A DNA stretch of 64,000 bases from Candidatus Hydrogenedentota bacterium (lineage in GTDB: Bacteria > Hydrogenedentota > Hydrogenedentia > Hydrogenedentales > SLHB01). The DNA lies in contig BTVY01000013.1 in NCBI GenBank assembly GCA_045863335.1, forward strand, positions 64,001-128,000. Direction: 5' to 3'. A model generated the notes under the pieces. That model did not search any database and was not told the DNA's origin. It saw only the letters and a list, made by a program, of their open reading frames with translations. Positions within the stretch are counted from its first letter, which is position 1. Every line of letters begins with the position of its first letter. Shown piece after piece: positions 55,157 to 64,000 of this stretch. The translations under genes and the position numbers were made by a program.

Positions 55157-55261
55157 GGAGCGCGGGTTTTCCAACCCGCGAAGGCCAAGCACCCCGCTTA
55201 GTGGAACATCGGCGCCGGACCGCAGAGTCATAAAAGAAGCGGGTTGGAAAACCCGCTCTCC
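55157..55261. repeat. Inverted REP-like pair, same family as 11350-11515
   Basis: GGAGCGCGGGTTTTCCAACCCGC (55157-55179) / GCGGGTTGGAAAACCCGCTCTCC (55239-55261). Confidence 0.85.
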
Positions 55262-55415
55262 GATTCAATGCATCTACAACGCTTTTATAGTCGGCCCAGA
55301 GCCTGCGATATGCACCAACACCTCCAGAAGTTGTACTATATCGCTTCTCATGCGAGGTGAATTCCGTATCGGCCGCGGCAGCGGTCGCCAGTCCATGGTT
55401 GGGGAGTATCGTTTC

Positions 55416-58106
55416 ATGACACGCGTTCGATGGAGTCTGGTAGTTGCGGTAATCTGGACCGGGGCTTGGGCCATAGCGCAGGAAGCGCCGGCGGCTACGG
55501 ACCCGGCGGACCAAGCCGTGGCCGAAGAAGCCGCGCCACCCGCGCCGCCCGCGGAGGAACCCGCGATGCCGGATGTGCCCGCGGAGGTGCTCGAAACGCC
55601 GGCGCCCATGCCGGAGGTGCAGCCGTCGCTGGAACAAGCACCGGTCACGCCCGCCGCGTCTCCGTTTGAGCGCATCTTCGGCAACGCCGCCGTGTTGGAT
55701 GCGGCCATGCGCGAACAGGTGCTCGCGGCGGAACACGGCAAACGGCACTACGTGGATCACAATCAGGACGGCAATGCCGACGAAGTGTGGTTTGTGGACA
55801 CGGCGCCGCGCCACCCCGCCGACTGGCAGCCCATGTTGGTCTGCGCGATAGACGAAGACGGCGACTTGCAAGACGACAGCCAGCCGGACCAGGACAGCGA
55901 CCTCTACGTGGCCGACTGGCACGGCGACGGCACGGTGGACGCCATCCTCGACTACACGGACGTCGATGATGATAACGATGTCGACGAGATGGCCTTCTAC
56001 TCCCTCGGCGCGGCTTCCGATGGCGGTGAGGGCGCGGTGCATGTGCGTTGGACGAGCGACGTGGGCGACGACAACCTGCTGTGGTACGACGTGGGGTACG
56101 CGTACCGGCACGATCTTTGCCAGTACCACTCCCACTTCAGCGGCGACGAAATGTTCTGCAACTTCGTGCTCGATCCCGGCGCGACGGCGTGGCGGGCCAC
56201 CTACGAGTACCCCTTCCTTTTCTACGACAACGACGACGACGGCGTGGCCGAGGAGGCGATCCGGTACTGCGCGAACGGCGCGGAGATCGGGAACGTCCGG
56301 CACAGCTTCGATGCCGACGACGACGCGACCGCCGATCATCCCCGAGATTACGATGTGTCCATCACCGCGTATGCGCCCGAGGGCGGCATCCTTGCCGCCG
56401 CCGAGGCCATGCAAACCATCCAATTGCGTGAGATCCCCACGGAGCCATTTCTCGCGCACGGCCCGGGTCAAACCGCGGGGCTCGCTGCGGTCTGGGATCG
56501 CATGTTGTTTACCTGGGACGAGGATGACAACAACGTCGATGCGGATCGGTACGAAGACGCCCACGAGCGCTGGGAAGGCGTCATCGCGAAGGGTACGGAA
56601 GGCTTTGAGCAAGTCGGCGGTCCGAGTTGCGGTCCAGTAAACAAGCGGTATGAGTTGGCCATCCAAACCGGGCAACCCATGCAGACCTATCTGCATCCCG
56701 TCGACCAGCGCATCCACTTGCGCGGAGCACAACGGGCCTGGCTCGATGTGGACGCCGACCAGGATCGCAGCGCCGACATGAAGTACAGCTTTGTCGACAG
56801 CGACGGCGACGGCGTCATCGATACCTGGAATCTGGACGCGAACGCGGACGGTTCGGTCGACGATTCCTGGACCGCGAGCGGCGCGTCGGCGCAGGACATC
56901 CCGTGGACCTGGGCGGATGTGAGCGCGGCGCAGAAGAGCATCATGGCGTCTGTGCCGCAGGCCTTGCTCAGCGTGACGTACCGGCTGGAGCAGGCCCTCG
57001 CCAAGGCGGGGTCAGACCCGAACAGCGATCCAGTGGCGCAATTGCTGCGCAATAACCTGAACGCGCCCGCGATCGGCGGCGCATTGCGGCAGAAACTGAT
57101 CAACAGCGACGAGTCGATGCGGTTTTATCTCGATGTGCTGAAAGATCGCCTGATTCTGCAGTTGAAAAGCGCCGCGCCGGACGGGGCCTATTGGGCGGAA
57201 TTCAACGGGGCGCGCGGACGTGGCGACCTCGGGGCCATGCAGATGTCGCTCGAGCAGGCGTACGGCCTGATGGACGCGCCGCCGATCTATGCGGCCTGGG
57301 TGGGCGAGAAACGCGCCGCAGTCAACGACAGCCCGCGCGTCGCGGTACTTCAAGATTGGATTTCCGATCACATCGGGTTCGAGAACAAGACCATTGCGTA
57401 CCGGTGCTACTTCGGTCAGATCGATTTCTATGGCAAGCGCGAGGAAGGGTTCATTCTCGATCAGTTAGAGGGTGACCAACAAGCCGGCGACTGGGGTGTC
57501 GACGCATTGTTCCTAAAGGACACGGCGGGTTGCGGCGGCGTGACGCTTATTGTAAATGGTGAGGCCTATCCTGTGTGGAGCCCGCAAGGCAAGGGATTCG
57601 TCACGTTCGAGAACAATGTGATCGAACATACCGGCGACCGGGTCGTCGTCGAGATGCTGGGAACCAACGCCGGACCCGAAGGCAGCGGGTACACCGTGCG
57701 ACTGCGCATCACGCTGACGGCGGACCGCAACGACGTGGCCGTGGAAGTCATCGTCGAAGGCGGCAAGCCCGAAGACGCCATCGAGTTGGGCCTGAACTTG
57801 ACGCGGCTTTCCGAACAGCCCTTCTATCTGCTGGACCAGGAAGCGGGGGTGATGGCCGTGCGCGGGTACCAAACCTCCAATGTGGGGACGGTCGGGATGG
57901 GCATCGTGTTTCCGCCCGCGCGGTTCATTCGCGTCGGCGAATCGCCCAGCGCCAACCAGGTCGTCATTTCCGTTGAGCGCGGCGTGCCCGTAACGTACCA
58001 CGTCCAAGGCGATTGGGTCCGGGGCCGGAGATTCCCAGTGGCGCCGTCCCACGACGACTGGATGAACGAACTGCGCGCACTGGCGGCTGAAGTGAAGCTG
58101 CAGTGA
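55416..58106 (+). CDS. Secreted protein with many DxDxDG loops and a DUF4861-like C-terminal domain
   Basis: Signal peptide, Pro/Glu linker; DHNQDG, DWHGDG, DNDDDG, DSDGDG and DANADG; IGFENKTIAYRCY..IDFYGK. Confidence 0.7.
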   Translation: MTRVRWSLVVAVIWTGAWAIAQEAPAATDPADQAVAEEAAPPAPPAEEPAMPDVPAEVLETPAPMPEVQPSLEQAPVTPAASPFERIFGNAAVLDAAMREQVLAAEHGKRHYVDHNQDGNADEVWFVDTAPRHPADWQPMLVCAIDEDGDLQDDSQPDQDSDLYVADWHGDGTVDAILDYTDVDDDNDVDEMAFYSLGAASDGGEGAVHVRWTSDVGDDNLLWYDVGYAYRHDLCQYHSHFSGDEMFCNFVLDPGATAWRATYEYPFLFYDNDDDGVAEEAIRYCANGAEIGNVRHSFDADDDATADHPRDYDVSITAYAPEGGILAAAEAMQTIQLREIPTEPFLAHGPGQTAGLAAVWDRMLFTWDEDDNNVDADRYEDAHERWEGVIAKGTEGFEQVGGPSCGPVNKRYELAIQTGQPMQTYLHPVDQRIHLRGAQRAWLDVDADQDRSADMKYSFVDSDGDGVIDTWNLDANADGSVDDSWTASGASAQDIPWTWADVSAAQKSIMASVPQALLSVTYRLEQALAKAGSDPNSDPVAQLLRNNLNAPAIGGALRQKLINSDESMRFYLDVLKDRLILQLKSAAPDGAYWAEFNGARGRGDLGAMQMSLEQAYGLMDAPPIYAAWVGEKRAAVNDSPRVAVLQDWISDHIGFENKTIAYRCYFGQIDFYGKREEGFILDQLEGDQQAGDWGVDALFLKDTAGCGGVTLIVNGEAYPVWSPQGKGFVTFENNVIEHTGDRVVVEMLGTNAGPEGSGYTVRLRITLTADRNDVAVEVIVEGGKPEDAIELGLNLTRLSEQPFYLLDQEAGVMAVRGYQTSNVGTVGMGIVFPPARFIRVGESPSANQVVISVERGVPVTYHVQGDWVRGRRFPVAPSHDDWMNELRALAAEVKLQ

Positions 58107-58160
58107 GTGTGAGCCGGCGCAGCGCCCTATGGAGTGCGAGGGCTTGCCCTCGCTGCTGGG

Positions 58161-59408
58161 TTACTCCTCCGGTTCCGCCAGCACTCCCGTGAAGAGTATG
58201 CAGCCGGTCTTGGTATCGCGGAGCAGGAAGACAAAGGGGTGGTCGGCCACGAAAGCCGGGATCTCCATTGGTGCGGCCGTCAATTTCATCACGACACCCG
58301 TTGCCGCTGCCGCTTCGGTGCCCTCTTCGTTCACCTCGATGAAGGCCTGATGAATCACATCGGAGATGAAGAGGTCGGGAACGCCGGACATGCCGGAGAA
58401 GTCCGCGTTCTCCGAGAACACGGTGGTCATTCCCATTGCGCGAAGGAAATCCGACAACGAAGATTTCGCGTTCATCGTGAACCGGGGCAGCGAAAGATCG
58501 ATCTGCTGTTCCGCCATCTCGGCCAGAGTCGATTCGAGCCATTGTGGAGTCAGTTCAGATTCCAGCCGCGTCAAGCCGGAGACGTCCTTGGGCAACAGTA
58601 CCGTCATGGCCACGCGCTCGCCGGTGTAAGGCAAGTCAACGGCTTGCAGCCAATCGTTCGCGAAATAGCGGAAGTCATTGCGCTGCTTCATCATGCGGAC
58701 CTTCGTCGTGGAGCCGTCCAGCAACGTGAACGTCGCTTCCGACGTGTTGTCCTCGTTGAACTGGGATAGCCAGAGACCTTTGAAGTAGATCGCGTTGGTC
58801 AAGACCAGCCGCGTCATCGAGTCTAAAACGCCTTCCGGGATGAGATCTTCGATTCGGTCTTCCGTCTTTTCTTCCACCCAGTCATTGATGGTTTGGCGCG
58901 CCTGTTCTACGTCGCTTTCGTAATCCAGGCGGGTTACATCCGTCTCATAGGATTCGCGCATGAGGTCCAAGTACGAATCGAGCAACGTGTAGCGGACGTG
59001 GGGCCAGAGGGCGTTCGCAACGTGCAATTGATATTCCTCCGACGATTCCAGCGACCGGCCGAGGTTGCCCATTACGCGATGAAACTCAGACGTGTTGGCT
59101 TCGTAATGCAGGACTTCGCGCATCTCGTCCGCCGTTTGGCCCTTTGCGCCAGCGTAGACCATCGCCAAGGCCGTGTCTACGCTGTACGGCGAAGCCAGCG
59201 TGTTGGTGCCCGGGTCATTGCCTTGCCGAAGCGCACGGAACAATTCAAGGGAAAACGCATTCATTTCCATTGCAATCTCTTTTTGCGCGGTCACGTTCTC
59301 AGCCGGTTCAGGATCACGGGGTGCAGGTTGCTGCTTCGAGGTCGCAGCGCCTCCGCACGAAAAGAGTGACAAGACGATCGTAGCGATTGCCAGAGAACGA
59401 GTAGACAT
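58161..59408 (-). CDS. Serpin (lipoprotein)
   Basis: LFSC lipobox; SPYSV, INDWVEEKT, LTNAIYFKG.W, EEGTEAAAAT and FVADHPF. Confidence 0.95.
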   Translation of the reverse strand: MSTRSLAIATIVLSLFSCGGAATSKQQPAPRDPEPAENVTAQKEIAMEMNAFSLELFRALRQGNDPGTNTLASPYSVDTALAMVYAGAKGQTADEMREVLHYEANTSEFHRVMGNLGRSLESSEEYQLHVANALWPHVRYTLLDSYLDLMRESYETDVTRLDYESDVEQARQTINDWVEEKTEDRIEDLIPEGVLDSMTRLVLTNAIYFKGLWLSQFNEDNTSEATFTLLDGSTTKVRMMKQRNDFRYFANDWLQAVDLPYTGERVAMTVLLPKDVSGLTRLESELTPQWLESTLAEMAEQQIDLSLPRFTMNAKSSLSDFLRAMGMTTVFSENADFSGMSGVPDLFISDVIHQAFIEVNEEGTEAAAATGVVMKLTAAPMEIPAFVADHPFVFLLRDTKTGCILFTGVLAEPEE

Positions 59409-59907
59409 GGAATCGATTCCTTTCCACCGGAGCGGGTGCCTGTTCGGGTCATATCCGCTACCGGAAACGACATCTACCGGTTAGAGCATAGTCCTACCAG
59501 ATTACACCCGTTGCCTTGGACACCACGAGAGCAACCTTGGTTCGGGGTCGGGGTCTGCGAGTTGGGGTGGTTCTCTCGAGCCTCATTCCCGCCCCGTGCG
59601 CAAGGGATCCAGGTGTTGGCGGGTGTCTTTCTCGCCCTCGAAATCCTCCCGATCTGGTCCTGATGCGACCCGGGAATGACCAGTTTATCCGCATGTGGAT
59701 TAACTGTTTACACGCCCCGAGGGAGACGCGCCGGGTTCAGACGCGCCAGGATAGTATTGCCCGCGTGTTCGTCGAGTCGATTTTGGCGTAACTTAATATA
59801 AATCAGTATGTTACAGCGATCGCGGAACGTCGAATCCGCAACCAAAAGTGACCCGAATCATGGAAATTGCCGTCCTGCAACAGGTTAGGAAAACGCCAAA
59901 AAAGAGC

Positions 59908-59936
59908 GAGACAAGTGCCCCTCGATATGCTATCCT
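59908..59936 (+). promoter_or_regulatory. Putative extended -10 promoter
   Basis: GAGACA-17-TATCCT with TG; the same TGCTATCNT motif occurs at 17542 and 50730. Confidence 0.5.
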
Positions 59937-59942
59937 ACGGCT

Positions 59943-60300
59943 GAATGTAGTGAGGCTGCGTTCGGGTAGAAGCCGTCGGGGCAGGCGGCCTATCGCGAGA
60001 TGCCCACTCCAGTGCAAGTTTAAAGAACATTGATTCGGGGCGTAGCCATTCGCGCCATCGGATCTGGTGCAATGTTCTTGCCACGTCAATGGCGTGGTTC
60101 GTGCACCAGGAGTCATTCAATGGGTATTGCGGTGATTCGAGCCTGCCGTCTTTAAGCGCCTCCTACGCGTTTCCTCCTTTCGGAGACGGATTAGAGCCAT
60201 TGAGCAACGCCTGTCCCGACGCGCTTCGGCCTCCCCTAACGGGGAGGCCGCACTGCTGTATGAACGACGAGAGCGCCCCACAAGTGCGAGGCGCTCTTTT
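59943..60300 (+). ncRNA. Candidate structured non-coding RNA
   Basis: Long-range and nested helices whose G-U pairs work on the + strand; lies between a putative promoter and terminator; no credible ORF. Confidence 0.55.
60270..60300 (+). terminator. Intrinsic terminator-like hairpin
   Basis: AGAGCGCC...GGCGCTCT followed by TTT. Confidence 0.6.
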
Positions 60301-60471
60301 CCATTCCATCGACCCTTTCCAAGATTGATCCGTGCACAATCCCTTGATTTATCCGTCGTGAAAATAGTTATGGAAACGGGTGGGCATATAGGCATATGCT
60401 CTGCGCTTGCAAGGGTTTCCATCTGTCATCGGGATTTGGGTTTGTCCAATTTCAAGAAAGGCGAGGGGCAA

Positions 60472-61176
60472 ATGCGAACGGATATCTCGGTATACAACGA
60501 AGCGACGGGTTTCACGATTCACGCAGCGGAATTCTGCGGCACCCCCCGGGATGAGGTCATCAATCGACTGCGAAGCAGCGTGGAAAACGGCATCGTCATC
60601 CCCATACGCCTGGTGCAGGATAGTTCGCCGCACATTCGATTGATTACCGGCGAATTGAAGCCCGAGGAGGACGCGGAGTGGGTCGATCGCTTCGTTTGGA
60701 AACTGCGTGTACCTTGCGGAAACCTCGTGTTTGAAGGCGGACTCGACCCTCGCGGCCCCAATGAAACGTATATGCGCACCGTTCCAGTTCCGCCCGGCGA
60801 TTACCAAGTGGAAGTATTCACGTTCTTTTGGAGCATCAACGGCTGGGACAGCTTGCCGGCCGAACAGTATGAACCCGTCGGCACATGGTTTCGGCGGACT
60901 CGGCCCGGAGAGAAGTTTCCGAATGCGATGAAGTTCTACCTCGGCGAAAACTGCGATGACGATCCCGGCCACGAAGACGAATGGAACGAGTTCTATGACT
61001 CGGAGGCCTATGAAGAACTCGACGAGCCTGACTTCGTTGATTTTCTCGTGCGGATCACGCCACTGGACCCCTCGGCGAATCTCGAACTGCAATGCGACGA
61101 GGATGGATGGTTTCCCATCGGCATCAACCCGCGCAAACCCGAAGTGTGTCCGAAAGGCATCAACTTCAATCGTTGA
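60472..61176 (+). CDS. Acidic hypothetical protein (234 aa)
   Basis: RBS GAGGGG; VPPGDYQVEV motif; no signal peptide. Confidence 0.7.
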   Translation: MRTDISVYNEATGFTIHAAEFCGTPRDEVINRLRSSVENGIVIPIRLVQDSSPHIRLITGELKPEEDAEWVDRFVWKLRVPCGNLVFEGGLDPRGPNETYMRTVPVPPGDYQVEVFTFFWSINGWDSLPAEQYEPVGTWFRRTRPGEKFPNAMKFYLGENCDDDPGHEDEWNEFYDSEAYEELDEPDFVDFLVRITPLDPSANLELQCDEDGWFPIGINPRKPEVCPKGINFNR

Positions 61177-61184
61177 ACGAAACG

Positions 61185-62384
61185 CTACCCCTTCAACACG
61201 GCCGCTATGGCGTTGCACAGGGCGTCCATGTTGTCTGCCGTCATGCCGGCCACGTTGATGCGGCCCGAACCGACGATGTAGACCGCATGCTTGTCGCGTA
61301 ATTCGGCCACGTGGTCCTTGGTCAGCCCGGAGAAGGAAAACATGCCTTTCTGGGTCGTCAGGAAAGAGAAGTCTTGCTTCACCCCCTTGGCTTTGAGGGT
61401 GTCCACGAAGAGCTGGCGCATGCCCGCGATACGGTCGCGCATTTCCTTCACTTCACCTTCCCACAGCGTGCGTAACTCCGGGTCGTTCAACACGGTTACC
61501 ACGATCTGCGACCCATGGGCGGGCGGATTGGAGTAGTTGGTACGGATGACGCGTTTGAGATGGCTCAGGGCTTTCTCCGCGGCGGTTTCGGATTCGCCCA
61601 CAACCGTCAAGGCGCCGACGCGTTCGTTATAGAGGCCGAAGTTCTTGGAGAAGGACGAGCAGATCATCAGTTCCTGACCTGCGCCGAGGAACTGCGACAG
61701 ACCGACCGCGTCTTTGCGGATGCCGTCCGCGAGACCCTGGTAGGCGAAATCGAACACGGGCATCCAGCCCTGCTTCGCGGCCACGTCCGCGATGGCTTTC
61801 CATTGCTCCGGCGTGGGGTCCATGCCGGTTGGGTTGTGGCAGCAGCCGTGGAGCAGCACGAACTCGCCGGACGGGATCTTCTTCAGCGCGTCCAGCATAG
61901 GCTCAAAGTTCAGGGTCTTGTTCGCGGCGTCGTAGTAGGGGTACGTGGCGATCTCGAGTCCCGCGGCCTCGAACACGCTGGGATGGTTGGGCCAGGTTGG
62001 TTCGCTCAGCCAGATCCGCCTCGCACCCAGGAGGCCTTTTATGAAATCACCCGCGGTGCGGAGCGCGCCGGTGCCCCCGGGGGTATGGGCCGTGACGGCG
62101 CGGTTGGACTTCACGATCTCGTGGTCCGCGCCAAAAAGCAGCTCCTGGACGGCGGCGGCGTAATCCATGGCGCCGCTGTTCGGGCTGACATAGTTCTTGG
62201 TGGACTCGGTGGCGACGAGCCGTTCTTCCGCTCGCTTGACGCATTGCAGTACGGGCGTCTGGTTCTTCGCATCGCGATAGACCCCGATGCTGAGATTAAT
62301 CTTCGCGGGGTTCGGATCTTTCTTGAAGGTTTCGATAAGGCCGAGAATGGGGTCTGGCGGCGCCATGTCGAGAGCGTTAAACAT
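61185..62384 (-). CDS. aspC: Aspartate/aromatic aminotransferase (AspC/TyrB type)
   Basis: APPDPILGL, GGTGALR, LHGCCHNPTG, DFAYQG and SFSKNFGLYNERVG. Confidence 0.93.
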   Translation of the reverse strand: MFNALDMAPPDPILGLIETFKKDPNPAKINLSIGVYRDAKNQTPVLQCVKRAEERLVATESTKNYVSPNSGAMDYAAAVQELLFGADHEIVKSNRAVTAHTPGGTGALRTAGDFIKGLLGARRIWLSEPTWPNHPSVFEAAGLEIATYPYYDAANKTLNFEPMLDALKKIPSGEFVLLHGCCHNPTGMDPTPEQWKAIADVAAKQGWMPVFDFAYQGLADGIRKDAVGLSQFLGAGQELMICSSFSKNFGLYNERVGALTVVGESETAAEKALSHLKRVIRTNYSNPPAHGSQIVVTVLNDPELRTLWEGEVKEMRDRIAGMRQLFVDTLKAKGVKQDFSFLTTQKGMFSFSGLTKDHVAELRDKHAVYIVGSGRINVAGMTADNMDALCNAIAAVLKG

Positions 62385-62555
62385 GCCTGTCCTTTCCTGC
62401 AATGGACTGTCTTGGGGCGGTTGACGCTGGCCTGATTGTCGCGGATGCATTCCGCCCCCGTGTTCCCTCTTGCGTCCCTATGCGCATGCACCCGTTAACC
62501 GCATATTATATCGCGGCCGGGAGCGAATCCCAAAACACCGCGAATGCGACCCTTA

Positions 62556-62597
62556 TGGTGCAGGCTTCCAGCCTGCGCAGGCTGGAAGCCTGCACCA
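62556..62597. repeat. Perfect 42-bp palindrome (REP doublet with no spacer)
   Basis: TGGTGCAGGCTTCCAGCCTGC|GCAGGCTGGAAGCCTGCACCA. Confidence 0.9.
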
Positions 62598-62600
62598 CAA

Positions 62601-63236
62601 TTAATGATTACCACCTTGGGTCTTCCTTGCGAAGAAGTGAAAATAGGGGATGAATCGAAAGGGTTGCCCCGGCCCGTTTGCGAGCGGATTGGTGGGATGG
62701 ATTCCGCACTCAACTTGAAACCCGGCGCGGTCCATTGCGTGCGCCAGTTTCCGGCCGATATGCGCGTCGGCTCCCTCCGCCTGCAATGCGTCCGCAATCT
62801 CGTGAATCACTTGCGAGTTCGACGGGTGTACGATGGCGCCGCCGTAGTCGGGTTCCGCTACCGCGATGAGATAGCCGTCGTCCGCGAGCACGCGGCGGAT
62901 TTCGGTCAGGATCTGATCCAAGGGTTGCGCCCACAGGAAGAACATCTGCGTGAACACGAGGTCGAAGGCGGCGTCCGCGAAGGGCAGGGTGCGGGCATGG
63001 CATGCGATTCGTTTGCCGTGCGCGAGCCGCAGAACGTTCGTATCGACGTCGGCGCCTACGGCGAACCCAGCGGCGCGAAGATCCAGGTTTTCCAGCAATT
63101 CGCCGGTACCGGCGCCGAGATCAAGGACTCGACCGCAGCGGGCGATACCGGCTTTGCGCAAAAGGCGGTTTCGTTCGGCGGCGAACCACGCGGCCTGGGT
63201 TTGATAGAGGGCGCGTAGTTCGTTGGGTGTGGGCAT
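62601..63236 (-). CDS. Class I SAM-dependent methyltransferase
   Basis: VLDLGAGTG, LPFADAAFDLV, EIRRVL and EPDY. Confidence 0.88.
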   Translation of the reverse strand: MPTPNELRALYQTQAAWFAAERNRLLRKAGIARCGRVLDLGAGTGELLENLDLRAAGFAVGADVDTNVLRLAHGKRIACHARTLPFADAAFDLVFTQMFFLWAQPLDQILTEIRRVLADDGYLIAVAEPDYGGAIVHPSNSQVIHEIADALQAEGADAHIGRKLAHAMDRAGFQVECGIHPTNPLANGPGQPFRFIPYFHFFARKTQGGNH

Positions 63237-63265
63237 GGTCGGTCCTGTTTCGTTCGTGAAGGAAC

Positions 63266-63361
63266 CACGGCCTGGAAGGCCGTGACACCTCGAAGACATG
63301 GCCTGGAAGGCCATGGCACCTCTCGGCACCTCAAATCACAGGCAAGATGCCTGTGCTCCTC
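63266..63361. repeat. Three tandem REP-like palindromes
   Basis: CACGGCCTGGAAGGCCGTGACACCTC, CATGGCCTGGAAGGCCATGGCACCTC and CACAGGCAAGATGCCTGTGCTCCTC. Confidence 0.8.
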
Positions 63362-63366
63362 GAGTT

Positions 63367-64000
63367 TTAGCGGCCGCCGCCGGCGCAGGCGCAGGCACAG
63401 GCGCATCCCGCGCAGGCGCAGGCACAACCGCCTCCGCCTCCACCGCCGCGTCCACCGCCACTTTCGGCGAGCGCCTTGAGCACTTCGCCGGTGAAGCGGT
63501 CGACGCCGGACAGATCGATCCCGCTTTTGGTGGTGGAGGATAGCACATCCAGGCTGTTTGCGAGGTTGCTGGACATGCCTTCGAACCGGCCCACGAGCGA
63601 GCTGGCCACGTCGCCGAAGGAGGTCGAAGGCGAGGTCCGGCTTGGCGACGGTAGAGAGCTTCCACCTCCGCCGAACGAGGGTCTGGGCCCATGGCTGTGC
63701 CCGTGGCCGATCCACCAGCGGGGGTGGTAGGGCACGTCGACCGTGGTATCCCGGAGCTTGCGGTCCCAGGAGTCGTCCATCATAAGCCAATCGAGATGAT
63801 TGTCGAGGCGATCGTAGCGCGCTTCATACCCCGCCTCCTTCTCCACCATGGTCCACGCGCGCGTAACGATACTGCGGTAGTATTCGCGCGTGCCCTTGAC
63901 GTCGAAGTCTTTCATGGATTTCACGACGCGTTTGATCAAGGTGTCGAACGCGTCGTCGAGTTTCATATCCTCCACAGCCTTGTCCGATTGCGCGTGAAAC
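63367..64000 (-). CDS. Hypothetical protein with Gly linker and C-terminal CACACAGCACACACAGGGR (5' partial)
   Basis: Frame open to the window edge; TREYYRSIVTRAW and Cys-Ala tail. Confidence 0.85.
   Translation of the reverse strand, partial: FHAQSDKAVEDMKLDDAFDTLIKRVVKSMKDFDVKGTREYYRSIVTRAWTMVEKEAGYEARYDRLDNHLDWLMMDDSWDRKLRDTTVDVPYHPRWWIGHGHSHGPRPSFGGGGSSLPSPSRTSPSTSFGDVASSLVGRFEGMSSNLANSLDVLSSTTKSGIDLSGVDRFTGEVLKALAESGGGRGGGGGGGCACACAGCACACACAGGGR

Noticed and set aside
59790-59815. AT-rich stretch ending TATGTTA as a dif site
   Set aside because: Only partial resemblance to the XerD arm and no XerC arm; fits an IHF-like site better.
60036-60110. CGGGGCGTAGCCA as the start of a tRNA or tmRNA
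   Set aside because: No D-loop GG, TTCGA arm or matching acceptor end at tRNA spacing; no tmRNA 3' end.
60089-60328. 79-aa ORF as a type I toxin
   Set aside because: Not hydrophobic, no RBS, and it runs through the terminator.

Overview
GC-rich, gene-dense bacterial chromosomal segment. The gene repertoire (many sulfatases, ECF sigma with a large C-terminal extension, BlaI/M56 pair, alginate-export-type porin) suggests Candidatus Hydrogenedentota or a similar lineage; this is inference only. Left part (1-28 kb): glycan handling (GH99/WbsX-like enzyme, YfhO-like membrane protein, fucose-isomerase-like gene, sugar ABC components without an ATPase, three sulfatases, GH109-like and BNR proteins) plus a BlaI-M56-Ig operon with a visible operator. 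Middle: fumC, toxin-antitoxin remnants, sucA-sucB-lspA-lpdA, CoA transferase, ECF fusion, glyA, clpP and a G1P dehydrogenase. Right: porin with a long structured leader, small membrane proteins (one frameshifted), a Ca-binding DUF4861-like protein, serpin, aspC, methyltransferase and a protein ending in CACACAGCACACACAGGGR. No rRNA, tRNA, CRISPR array or transposase was seen. The most notable non-coding signals are a candidate ~350-nt structured ncRNA (about 59943-60300) with its own promoter and terminator, and about nine different families of short palindromic or inverted-repeat elements in intergenic gaps. All family assignments come from motif recognition by eye, not from database searches.
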